DNA of 64,000 nt from the human T2T-CHM13v2.0 reference genome, Homo sapiens, in the NCBI RefSeq assembly GCF_009914755.1, contig NC_060939.1, one strand, 5' to 3'. A program made the translations under genes and the position numbers. Positions within the stretch are counted from its first letter, which is position 1; every line of letters starts with the position of its first letter. The notes below the pieces were generated by a model. The model saw nothing but the letters and a program-made list of their open reading frames with translations, made no database searches and was not told where the DNA came from. Shown here one piece after another: positions 44,100 to 57,000 of this stretch.

Positions 44100-44560
44100 C
44101 TGATAGAGGCTTTGTTGATTGGTCAAACTCTTCTCTAACACACTTTAGCAACATGTTTATCCTCACGCTTAATATAGTAATTCCACCACCAGGAATCTAA
44201 GGTATAGGATAATCCTAACTAAGGAAAACATACATACAAAGATGTTCACCTCATTGTTACTGATAATAGTATTTGTAACTTAAGTGACCAATAAACGGGG
44301 AATGATTAAATTTAAAAAGACAGATTTACTTGGATTGAAAAGCACGCAATCTTTAAAAACGATGGTTATAATGATTACATAATAATATGGAGACTATTTA
44401 TGATATACTATGTGAAAGTAAAGACACAAAATTGCATCTACAGCATGATAAATATGTAACAAGGACTAGAAGGAAAGGTGCCAAGATGTAAACAGTGTTT
44501 ATTTTGGGGTGCTAGCACAAGGGTGATTTACTGTTTTTCTCTATTTCCCAAGTTAGTTTC
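44100..44560 (+). mobile_element. old L1ME fragment
   Basis: AAAGATGTTCACC..GGGGAATGATTAAAT..GACTAGAAGGAAA..AAACAGTG. Confidence 0.6.
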
Positions 44561-44812
44561 ATGGACATTTGCTACTTCGGTAACAGAGAACCAAGAAAAC
44601 GACTATCTTCTTTAAAAAATGTGAACTGCTAAAAGTGTGTACTTTTTGCAAAGGATGTTTTATTCTACAGTGTCCTTCCATTTTGCCAAATTTATGTTAT
44701 AAAAATCTATCTTTTCCTCTGACAAAAAGAAACAAAGGTAAATCTAGTTCAAGCTGCTACTGAAAGGATAAGGCCAATAGGAAAAGCACTGTTTATAAGC
44801 AGCAAGTGGACT

Positions 44813-46000
44813 TTGAGCACGGAAGAGCAACCGGGGTTTATAAAGAGTAAATCACACCCCACCACGGAAGTGATATCTTTTCTTAATTGGCAAAAACGAG
44901 CGAGTGGCCAAGGAAAAGGGAGGCAAGGTGAGAGAGTGGGATTTCAGAGAATCTGTTGACGTAGCATCTACCAAAATCTCCCTTGGAAAATTAATCCAAA
45001 TTGGCTGGACTACGCATGCCATCAGCTCCCAACATTAACAAGGATCATAAGCTTTATTTACAAGGGCTTATCTTTCAAGCCACTCGTGGAGCTTCAGCAA
45101 GCCTCGCGCATGAGACATTAAGGCGCTTGGACAAGGATAACAGCAACCTGGGTGGGATGGAAATACTCACCAGGAGACGGTAAACAACAGAACTTATGAT
45201 AAAATGCAGTTTCTTTTCTTGAGCAGAGGGCCCCAGATAGCGGGCCAGCTATGGCGAGGTTGGAGTGAGGCCTAGAGAACGTGTTAACATCTTTATTAAC
45301 AATCTGGAAGAAGATGTAAACAGAACATTAATTCACAAGGAATAAATCCGCAGGGGCCAGAAGACTAGAGGAATTACAGAAAAGGATGGGGAGGAGCAAA
45401 ACCAAGAGGAAAGGAACATGGGAGAGATGGAGTGTGAAAGACAGGCATTCATCTTGGGCCCAAAATCAAGGGAGCTGCTCAGAAACTCAGTAATCAAGAG
45501 AGATAATACTGTAATGTGATATGCTATGAAAACAAAATTAATGCAAAAAATCTGTAGGTTTAAAAAAGTCTTGATTACTGGGGTTTTTAATTTGTGGCAC
45601 CCTCTTAAATTTTTTGCCCAAAGCGAAGGGCTCATATACCTCACCTTAATCTTGCAAAGGTGGTAGGGGTGATGAACGACAAGATGTAACAGCCAAGGCC
45701 ACCTGGAGAGCACAGGGCTGAAAGAGCATTGTAGTGGGTGGTGTGTAAGCCTTGGTTTTTCCAGAATAGAGGCTGAAGATCATCCAGGAGGCTGTGAGAG
45801 GCTCCAGGGAGGTGACCGGTACAGTGTATTGGGCAGCTTATTAGTGGAAAGATGGCAGCAACTTGGAAGGAATTCACAGAACCAGGGAAAGCCGTCAAAA
45901 TGTGGAGCACGACTGACTTTGGAAGGGAAAAGGAAAACATGGTCCAGCTGATGAAAAGAAAAAAGATGATTTGGAGAAGGAACATGGAAGAGAGAAGGTG
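44813..46000 (+). mobile_element. ancient CR1/L3 LINE ORF2 (reverse transcriptase) fossil, interrupted by a MER96-like MITE
   Basis: Manual translation with frameshifts gives, in the right order, QPGFIKSKS..T..ISF, DFRESVDVASTKISLGKL, NIFINNLEEDVNRTL, KSAGA (decayed KFADD), KDGSNLEGIHR, EKR; these match CR1 motifs QHGF.KGRS.LTNLISF / DFSKAFD.VSH.IL.EKL / NIFINDLEEGVNSTL.KFADD / KD..KLE.IQR. Confidence 0.8.
45425..45655. mobile_element. MER96-like hAT-Tip100 palindromic MITE
   Basis: Inverted arms AAACTCAGTAATCAAGA / TCTTGATTACTGGGGTTT and GGGCCCAAAAT / ATTTTTTGCCC. Confidence 0.65.
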
Positions 46001-47366
46001 CTTTGGCTACAGTACCTGCTAAAAGCTAAAAAAGTCTCTCATCAAGAGAGGCTGGACAAGGGGAAATGACTGCAAAGACGTGTATTATGAACAGGAACAT
46101 GGATTCAAAATTTAGATCCTTCATTTTACTGACTGATCTCATCCCTTAGTTGGCCAGGTATTCCCTGAAACTCTTAATGATTCATGAAACAAAGAGGCTA
46201 GAACTTAAGTCCATAAAAGTGCAAAATGCCACAGCAGTAGGAACATGGCATCGGGAGCTAAGAGCCTGGGTGCTAGCCGGGTCTGCCACAATCAAAACTG
46301 TCCTCAGAGAAGTCACTTGATCTCTCTGAGTCTCCAATTCTGCATCCAAAAGCAGGGGTGGGGGAAACTTAAAAGCAACTGTCTTTTATTCTATGACCAC
46401 ATTGACTTAATAGTTACTAAGTGCTCACATGAACAAAAAACAAACATTAAAACTGGAAATTGAACGCTATGGTGGGGCGGTTCACATAGTTAGAGATAAC
46501 CGACAGCATGGACTAGCCCCACACACATCTACTGAAAAGGCTTCAGGATTTGGGGAGGGGGACATGGAGTTGACAAGGATACTTTGCACCTTCTCTGGCC
46601 TTTTGAGGACTCTACGGTTAAAAGTTAACTCCAAGGGCAGCAATGGACAGACAAAGCTTAAACTACAGATTGTTTAAGCTTGTTTAATTAAGCTTGAATT
46701 ACTCTTCCAGTGATGAGGATAAAGGTTTCCCCATCAAATTCCTTGAAGCTCACTCCTCACTCCTGTGTTCCCTAAAACCCCCATGTGCTGGCCCCAGTGC
46801 TGGCCACCTTTCAGATATAAGCTTTCCTAAGATTCTGTTGTGAAAGGGAGACACACACAGCAAAGAAGCAAAATGAGAATCAAGCTCTGCTCCAAAGAAC
46901 AATGCAAGAGGCTTCGGTGCTATTACAAGTGTGTTATAACCAAACAGCCAAAAGGACTGATCCTCCCAACACCCCTGTTCTCCACAGGGCTCCCATCTGG
47001 AGAGCCATATGCAGAAAATACTGGCTGGGGGGAACCAAGTATTACATAGTTAACAACTGAGCTGGCAGCCAGCAACTCCCAGTAGTGAGCTGGTAAACCT
47101 CAGATGGCGGAAACAGAGTTTACCATTCCATCTTCTGTGAATTCAAGCAAGCCTCAGCTAATTTACCCACCTGATAGCAGACAGCAGTGCAGAGAACAAA
47201 AAGAGACATGCAGCCAGGATGTCACAGAAGAAGGGCATAAGAAAAAGTATACTGCATGGGTACTGACCTTTCAGGCAAAGGAAACCTGCCCACTTGAAAA
47301 CATGACCCTCTGAGTGAATGCCTGGGGCTCTGTCCCATCAAATTATAAACTCCTCCTACCTTAAAA

Positions 47367-48686
47367 ATCTGATCTTTGACAAACCTGACAAAAACAAGAA
47401 ATGGGGAAACGATTCCCTATTTAATAAATGGTGCTGGGAAAACTGGCTAGCCATATGTAGAAAGCTGAAACTGGATCCCTTCCTTACACCTTATACAAAA
47501 ATTAATTCAAGTTGGATTAAAGACTTAAATGTTAGACCTAAAACCATTAAAACCCTAGAAAAAAACCTAGGCAATACCAGTCAGGACATAGGCACGGGCA
47601 AGGACTTCATGTCTAAAACACCAAAAGCAATTGCAACAAAAGCCAAAATTGACAAATGGGATCTAATTAAACTAAAGAGCTGCTGCACAGCAAAAGAAAC
47701 TACCATCAGAGTGAACAGGCAACTTACAGAATGGGAGAAAATTTTTGCAATCTACTCATCTGACAAAGGGCTAATATCCAGAATCTATAATGAACTCAAA
47801 CAAATTTACAAGAAAAAAACAAACAACCCCATCAAAAAGTGGGCGAAGGATATGAATAGACACTTCTCAAAAGAAGACATTTATGCAACCAAAAGACACA
47901 TGAAAAAATGCTCATCATCACTGGCCATCAGAGAAATGCAAATCAAAACCACAATGAGATGCCATCTCACACCAGTTAGAATGGTGATCATTAAAAAGTC
48001 AGGAAACAACAGGTGCTGGAAAGGATGTGGAGAAATAGGAACACTTTTACACTGTTGGTGGGACTGTAAACTAGTTCAACCATTGTGGAAGTCAGTGTGG
48101 CGATTCCTCAGGAATCTAGAACTAGAAATACCATTTGACCCAGCCATCCCATTACTGGGTATATACCCAAAGGATTATAAATCATGCTGCTATAAAGACA
48201 CATGCACTCGTATGTTTATCGCGGCACTATTCACAATAGCAAAGACTTGCAACCAACCCAAATGTCCAACAATGATAGACTGGATTAAGAAAATGTGGCA
48301 CATATACATCATGGAATACTATGCAGCCATAAAAAATGATGAGTTCGTGTCCTTTGTAGGAACATGGATGAAACTGGAAACCATCATTCTCAGCAAACTA
48401 TCACAAGGACAAAAAACCAAACACCACATGTTCTCACTCATAGGTGGGAATTGAACAATGAGAACACATGGACACAGGAAGGGAACATCACACACCAGGG
48501 ACTGTTGTGGGGTGGGGGGAGTGGGGAAGGATAGCATTAGAAGATTTACCTAATGCTAAATGACGAGTTAATGGGTGCAGCACACCAAATGGCACATGTA
48601 TACATATGTAACAAACCTGCACGTTGTACACATGTACCCTAAAACTTAAAGTATAATAATAATAAAATAAAATAAAAAAATAAAAT
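47367..48686 (+). mobile_element. L1PA3-like 5'-truncated LINE-1 (ORF2 C-terminus, 3' UTR, A-rich tail)
   Basis: Translation LIFDK...[18 protein letters not shown]...SLIGGN* is the ORF2p C-terminus; 3' UTR G-tract and CCCTAAAACTTAAAGTATAAT end. Confidence 0.95.
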
Positions 48687-49054
48687 AGGCTGAAAAGAGG
48701 AAGCGGAAATGGGGTATCCCCAACCACCAGAACCACAAGGACCTGCCCAGAACCACAGTGACCTCTGCCCCTGCTTCAGGCCAGCATCTCCCCTGGTCCT
48801 ATGCAACAGCATTATAGATGGTACAGGAAGAAGATGCTGACAGAAGAAGCAAGAGATGGTTCTTGATGATGTCCCCAGCATAAGAGGCATTCTAGAAGGT
48901 GCTTCTAATTCTTCATGAATTGCTAGATTTGAATTAAGCATATTTTTGGTATATTTAGTTATACCAAAAAAACACAATCTTTCTATACTTAGGCCACCTG
49001 GAAAGGACAAAAGAAAAAGAAACTTGCAGGAATGGTTAATGTGTGCAAAAACAT

Positions 49055-49305
49055 AGAAGGAATAAGACCTAGTGTTCAGTAGACACAATAGGATGTCTAC
49101 AGTTAACAATAATTTATTACCTGTTTCAAAATCACTAAAAGAGTGGAACTGGAATGTTCCTAACACAAAGAAATGATAAATGGTTGAGTCGATGGATATC
49201 CCAGTTACCCTGATTTGATTATTACATATTACGTGCTTGTATCAAAATTTCACATGTACCCCATAAGTATGTACAACTATTATATATCCATGATAATTAA
49301 AAAAA
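49055..49305 (+). mobile_element. L1MA 3' end
   Basis: GGAATGTTCCTAACACAAAGAAATGATAAAT..TACCCTGATTTGAT..CACATGTACCCCATAA. Confidence 0.85.
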
Positions 49306-49747
49306 GACACAGGGAAGGAAGAATTGGCTTGAAGATTCCCAAAAGAATGTGCCATCCCCCTCCGAAATCTCCCCAAGAAGATTCTACCATAGCTGAATTT
49401 CAATTAGCATCCTCTAATCAACTAAGAAATGCTCCAACTCTACCAAGAGGATCACCTTCCAGAATCCGACCACCCTTCAAGGCCTGTCTCTATTAGCTCA
49501 AAAGGCCTGTTGCACAAAGGTATAACCACCCTCCAGTCAGAGTTGATGAAGGCGTTTTGATGGTCCCTGCCATATGACTCACAGCCTTTGGTAGTAATAC
49601 GAAAAACAGCCTAATAGAAAGTACCTACTGGGCACAGAATAAGAACTACATGGATGTCAATACATTAATCCTTACAATAACCTGTGTTACAGATATTATA
49701 ACTCCATTTTATGCATGACGAACGTAGGCTCAAGGAGGTTAGGCAAG

Positions 49748-50110
49748 GATGGTTAGTTTTATGTGTCAACTTGGCTAGATGGTAGGACTTATTTCCTAAA
49801 CCCTAATCTAGGTGTCCTTGTGAAGGTATTTTATACATGTGATTAGTACCCACAATCAGTTGGTTTTAAGTAAAGATTACCTTGATAATATAAATGGGCC
49901 TCATCCAATCACTTGAAGGTCTTAAGAACAAAAACTGAGGCATCCCAGAGAAGAAATCCTGCCTCAAGACCACAATATCAACTCCTGCCTGAGTTCCCAG
50001 AATGCCAGCCTGTCCTACAGATTTCAAACTTGCCAGGCTTCACTACTGCTTGAGCCAATTCCTTAAAATAAATCACACACACACAACGACGGACAGATAT
50101 CTGATTGGTA
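49748..50110 (+). mobile_element. MLT2 (C/D-like) ERVL LTR
   Basis: TTTTATGTGTCAACTTGGCTAG..GGGCCTCATCCAATCA.TTGAAGG..GAGCCAATTCCTTAAAATAAATC. Confidence 0.85.
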
Positions 50111-53100
50111 TGAGAGAGGCAGAGAAGAACATGATTTTTTCTGATTCACCAGAGTGGCGAAAGATGGGGCAGCTTCAATACTGCCCATAGGTTTAACAGT
50201 CAAAAAAGACCTTAGATTGTTCAAACATATAAACTTCTTTCCTTCTTTGGATCAAAATCCCATCTACCCGTGGTAGTCATCCACTCTCAGTAAGACTCTG
50301 GGAGGGGATTCATAGAAGACAGTGACCTTGAAGGGGCACAGTTCTTCAGTGCCATGCTATAAGCCATCCCCACATGAAAGCGAGGGGTTAAGGCATATGG
50401 AAACCCCTCCAATAGCCTCCCATTCCCCCACAGAGTCCCCACCTGAACCAGAGATAACAAGCTCCTTACATTTTGAGAGCCAAAGGGCAATAGGAGACTC
50501 TAGATATATCCTAGAGGTTGTGGCTGGAGCAGCACAACCAGGAATCCATTCCATGGGATGCCAATGGACAATTCTACACTAGAGACATTCTTCTGTATAA
50601 CTGGCCACTGACTTAGGTTTTCTGTGCTACTAAACTTCCTTTTGAGTCTAGCATTCTTGCTATAAGGGACCTCCTCTTCCCCCAAATAGCCAGGCATCTG
50701 GAAGAAGACATCTGCTTTGCCTCCAAAAGCAGAGCTGATCCTGGGTCAGAGAATACCACTTTATAGAATATTTTACTACAAATAACACTAAGTTACTGGT
50801 TTCAATATGACAAGGTGGATGAGACGTCAGGGACACATCCACCTTTGACGTTGAAAGATGACGACTTTTCACTGCATGCAGGTATGTCTAGAACTGTTGC
50901 ATGAGATTCCTTCCAGTTTGGACACGGGTAGATTATAGTTTTAAAGTAAAATACATTTATCAGCTTCCTTTTGAAATCCATTCTACTGTCTCTAATGAAG
51001 ATGCACATTTCCTTAGAACAACGTTTATCTTTCCGACTGTAACCTGAGCTCATGTCTTGAAAATGTTTGGCCACTTTTTCCTTGCTGTGTGGGCTTCCTT
51101 AACAGTCTTTCACGAGGCTAAAGATTACAGCTGCTGGCTTCTCACTCTGTCATCAGCACAATGTTTTGACTTTCAGTGAGTTGCCCTTGACAGCCTCATG
51201 ATGGTGGCACTTCCCAGCTATCAGCACTGAAGTTCAGTTACTTCAAATTGTGTGTGTGTCTGCCCCTTCCTGGCTGTCTGCCCTCTCCCAGTCCTTTCTG
51301 CAGCCTGAGCCATCACATCTTCATGCTCTCTTGTCTCTTCCTACTGCCAATCCTGTGTGCTGAGCTCAAGGAAACTATGACTTCAGGGGCAGTGAGGAGA
51401 AGGCATTCCTAAACATCTCATTGGCATCAGCAGGGAGATGGAAAGGAGAACAGAGGGGACAAGTTATACACCTGCAAGGGCTAAGAGGCCAGAGTCAAGG
51501 AGTTAATTCTCTACTGCCCTGTCCTTTTATGTTTAGAAGACAGAGCACCCTTACTCTGCTTCTGCGAGTTGGGCTGTCCCTTTGCTTGATGAGACTCTGC
51601 TGGCTGTGGCTCATCCTGGGGGCAAGCCCTGAAATTCTCTAGTCCTGACCCTCTTCATGGATTGATGTCTCAATTCACTTTAGTTAAGAGAGGCTGTGCA
51701 TGGGCTCTGATTACTGAGACTTCATTCATCTTCCCAAATGACTAGAAAGTATCATCATAAATAATTCAAACTAAACTACACCTAGAGAGAGAAAGCACAA
51801 CCCAGTGAGGCCATGGACCTGATTGTCAACCACGGCTCCTCGTCCCCAGCTTATTCTTAACGTTGCCAATTCCAGGCACCATCTGCAGCTCTCCTAGGTG
51901 CTGGAGAGTATTGGCCTGACTGTCTACATTTAACGTGTCAGAGATGACTCTCCAGATTTAGGGGAACATTCAAGGAAGGCCCAAGGACCTAGCCACTGCT
52001 ACCTTAAAGAGTCATGGATGGTTGGGGTTAGAAGAGACCTTAGCAATGAGGTGTTCCAATCAGCTGGCTTATTCCAAGTAATGAGAAGAGAGGATCAGAA
52101 AGAACAAGTGACTAGCTAAGGCCACACAGCCATGCAGTCCCAGAGGCAGGAGAAGAACTGCATCTCCCTACTATTGGTGTAGTACACGCTCCACTAGTTC
52201 CACATACGCTGCTTCTCTGGGTCTGGATTTACCAGCAGGGCTATATCTTTTCCTTGTGCTTCACACAGACATTAAATAAAAACAACTCCATAAAGTATTA
52301 TATGTTCATCAAAGGAAAGGTACCTCATGAGTGGAAATACACACACACACACACCCCCACACCAGAAGCACTGCCTTTCCCCCACCTCTGAGATCCCTAA
52401 AACTAAGCCAGTGGTGGCCACTTCCTGAGCATGGACCACGTGGAGTCCCTGTGCCAAATGCTTTCCATATGTAATCCCAGTCAAATCTCTCAATACCTTC
52501 TCACGTGAGCACCATTCACGTTTACAGATGAGGACAGCAGAAGTTCAGAAAGTTTAAGTGACTCACCCAAATCAAAAAGAAAGTCTCAAGTCTAGGACTC
52601 CAATTCCAGTCTTAGCCCAGAGTGTTCACCCGTAGTCACTGCTTTCCGCTGCCTCCATTGCACTCTGTGAGCATTTGTAGGTGTGTATGTGTGCGTATGT
52701 TCAAGGATTCTGTTGTCAAGATTACATATTTTCATTGGTCCATTCCGGCTTACCCAGTGGTTTCTGCTCATGGCAAAGCTGTGTCCCTCAGGCCTCTGAA
52801 ATGCCCCACAGTGGATGACCCATAATTGCTAATGGATGCAGCGGCTGCTACAGCGGCCGGCAGGACAAGGTTGGCTTGGCTTCTGCCAAGTTCCCCTACC
52901 AGAGGCTCCCTGAACAAAGCCGAGCTGAAAACATGCACAGAGGGAGCTTTACTGGGCCAAGGAGCTGAGCAACCCTGGCCTGTGTCTTCCTTATGCTCAT
53001 TCACATTTTATAAATGCATACTTTGCCCTTTTGCCATGCAGCCTTGGGGCAAATGGATTAGATTCTGAATTAACCAAGTGAAATGGTATAATACACAAGC

Positions 53101-53292
53101 AACGTGAAAAGAAAGAATGTAAGAAAGGAAAATGAGCTTTGCAGAGTAATGGAAAAGCTAGAGACAGGGTTACTGAATGACACGGAAGGATGCTTAAGAA
53201 AGAGTGTTGTGTGAAAAAAATAGGTCAAACACTGTTTGAATTGCTCAAGACCATTTTCACTTAAGTGTACATTTAAAATATGTATGAGAATG

Positions 53293-53681
<389 letters not shown>

Positions 53682-53800
53682 TCACACATATGCTAACAGT
53701 GGTCATTTCTGAATAATAAGATTACCACTAATTTTTTATACAATATTTTCTAGATTTTTATATAATGAATATATATTCCTTTTATAAAAATAAGTCCACA

Positions 53801-54090
53801 GGCCAGGTGCAGTGCTCACACGTGTAATCCCAGCTCTTTGGGAGGCTGAGGTGAGCAGATCGTTTGAGCTCAGGAGTTCAGGACCAGGCTGGGCAACATG
53901 GCAAAACCCTGTCTCTATAAAAACTACAAAAATTAGCCAGGCAGGGCAGCATGTGCCTGTAGTCCCAGCTACTCAGGAGACTAAAGTGAGAGGATCACTT
54001 GAGCCCAGGAGTTGGAGGCTACAAAGAGCTGTGATCACATTACTGCACTCCAGCCTGGGTGACAGAGTGAAACCACGTCTCAAAAAGAAA
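53801..54090 (+). mobile_element. AluJ
   Basis: GGATCACTTGAGCCCAGGAG..GAGCTGTGATCAC J-type right arm; high divergence. Confidence 0.88.
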
Positions 54091-57000
54091 ATCTATGAAG
54101 TACAAAATAAAGGCATGTCCCTTCCTGGGCTCAATGCACAGTTTCAAGAGCTTCTGTTGGTCTAGAAGAACTGAAGAGGTCATGGTAGCACCCCCATCCA
54201 CACCAGGACTCTGTCTCCAAACTTCACAGGCTCCCTGTTCTGAAAGCCCTCCCTGGCCCAATTGTGGCCCATTCCTGGTCTCTCAAGAGCAGTGAGAGAC
54301 AGGAGCCCAAGGCCTATCCATTTGCACACAGATGTGTCTAATTGGGAAGAATGGATAAAGCCTGCCTGTGTGTGAAATCCTCTGCAGGGAATAGCAACAT
54401 AAAAATATCACACGATCTCAGACCTGAACCCACCAAATAGAATGTACTATCATCACTAAGTCCCAGTCAGCAGTGGGAGAGCCAAACTGGAAGTGGTCAC
54501 TACCTGGGCATCCAAGAGACCAACAAGCGGGAGAGGGGCAGAAAGCAGAGATATCCCAATGGCAGGCAAGTAGAGGACCCCAAGGTGGAGAGCAAGCGAC
54601 ACCCTAGAGATACAGTGTTGGGCAGGTAGGGGCAGACCCAGAACCAACAGTCAGGACATCAGGAGACGCTGACAGTAGCCCATAGGCAAAGACCCCAGTT
54701 GCTGGACACACAGTATCAGGAAGAGCAATTCCAATCTGAAAGTAACAGCAAGACTCCAGGTTCTGAAAGATATGCCATTCTCTTAAGAAAACACTGTGCT
54801 CACCAAGGATGAAAAGTGTGCCTTGCTTGTATCTGTATCCCACAGTGCCTACCCTCCATGAAACCCACAGAATGGCTAACATCCCCAAATACACTCCTGC
54901 CATTTGGAGAAGCCAAGTATGTGAGTCAGGAAGTAAGAGTCACTGTCACTACCTGCCCGGAGTTCATAGTCTACGCTGGGATCTTGGACACACAGCACAA
55001 AAGGAAGTTCATTGCCTATTTTCCTCACTTCTGGCCTCTCAGGATTCAAACCTGGTGATCCTAAAAAGAATAGCCCATATATGCAATGGGTGCTCCTGAC
55101 AACTCCCACCTCCCACTAGTTCCCATCCTCCTCACTCCATGCTCCCTGTGATCTACTCTCTCCAACTGACAGAATCATAGAATGTTACAACTGAAAGGGA
55201 CCTTGGAAGCCCTTAATCCAAATCCCTCCAATTATAGAGGATAAAACTAAAGCTCAAAAGATATCCAAAGATAAATCAGAGTGTAGCCTGGGCTAGAATC
55301 CAGATTTCTATAACATTCCATGACACTTTCCAAAATAAAAATTGCAGGGGCCAAAAAACAGACTTGAGTCTCCCTCACTTGGAAGCTATAGCTTTGCTAA
55401 GCCAAGTGTGGCTAGCAGACCAATAGGACCAGCCTCATATAAGGAGCTTGGCAGAAATGCAGAACCTCAGGCCCTACCCCAGACCTATCAAACCAGAATC
55501 TGCATCATAACAAGATCCCCAGGGCTCCACGTGCACCATAAAGTTCGAGGAGCTATGAAGGAGAGAATTCTCTCTCTAATCCACTTGCACAGTCAGACAA
55601 GAAAGAATCCCTCCCTCTCTCTGCCCATCCACCCCTCACTATTTTCCAACCCAACAGAGTGCCTGGAAATTTATGGCAATAACAAAACAACAACAATGCT
55701 CCCATTTCTAGTCAGCGGATGCTTCTCCCCCAATCCATGGGGAGTCTTTGCAAGGCACTTAAATTTCCCCGTTAAGCAAACAGCACCACCGCGCAAGGTA
55801 GAACAGGTGGCAGATCACTGGCGAGGGCCCCGTGAGCCGCAAGCAGGCTGGGTCATTAAATACTGCAGTGGACAGGTGCAGTAGCCAGGCCTCACGCAGA
55901 GGGTGGGGAAAATTGGGGCGTTCAGTCACCTCACCAAAGGAGCACTCTGCAGGAGGGAGAGAAGAGGGGACAGCGTCCTCACCCCAACCTCACCAACCTC
56001 GAATCGTGGTCCTTCATCCTTAAGCCACCTAATACCTGACATTAAGCAAGGAGCTCGTCCTTCCTGAAGCTCCTAAAAGAAGCAGGGACAATAATTTTTG
56101 TATCACAAGTCACAGTGAAAATCAAATGGAAACATGAAAGTGAAGCACCAAGCACAGTGCCAGAGACGTCGTGGGAGCCCAATAAAGAGAGCTTTTCCCG
56201 CCATGTTTTCAGCCCGCATCCCTCCTATTCCTTTAAAGTTCCAAGATATGTGCTCTGGCAGAAAGAGGTGGGGGGCTGGGCGGGGGGCGTTGGGAAAGCC
56301 CAGGCTGACAGCCTTAGCTTCCCACTGAAAATCACCTGAGCAGCTATAGAAACAACCAACACCAAGAGCCCATCCACTGAGATTCTGACCCTCTGGCTGG
56401 GGGAGTAGCCTAGCTGTTGAAATTTTTTAAAGATCCCCATGCGATTCTACCATAAAACCAAGTGTATGAACCACAGCCATAATGGGACCTGCAGATTACT
56501 CACAGCTTTTCTGAGTGCAGCAAAAATCATGATTTCTCCCCTCAACACATTAACTGAGTGATTACTACACAGCTGGGGACTAAGCTAATTGCTTTATATA
56601 CACAATTTCATTTAATTCTCATAAAACCCTGTATGATAAGAATTATCCCTCTCATTTGTCAGCTGAGGGTGTGGAGGCCCAGAATGGTCCATAAGTCACC
56701 TGAAGTCCCACAGCTCCCAAGCAGCAGAACTGAGATTCGACCTCAGCCTGTATAGCTCTAAATTTTAATGAGCCCCAGTAGGGTGACTGGGGAAGAAATC
56801 TTAGTGTCATGGCATGGAAAAGAAGCCATAGCATTGGCCAGACACTGCACAAAGTGGTGGGTAAAGAAAGAGACAATAAGGAAGAAAGAAGATCAGGTAA
56901 ACATGGAGGTGGGATCTTAGGAAAAGGCAGGTCAGCCCTAGCGTCTTCCTGTCTGCAGGCACCGTGGGGTAGGCAGAAGGAAGAAATGCAAGGCAAGAGC

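Noticed and set aside
46654-46681. 10-bp AT-rich inverted repeat AAGCTTAAAC/GTTTAAGCTT
   Set aside because: Weak stem within chance expectation; no supporting context.
52876-52889. TTGGCTTCTGCCAA as an NFI palindrome
   Set aside because: Spacer is 4 nt rather than the required 5.
55778-55800. CAGCACCAC as a REST/NRSE site
   Set aside because: Only the left half matches; the GGACAG half is missing.
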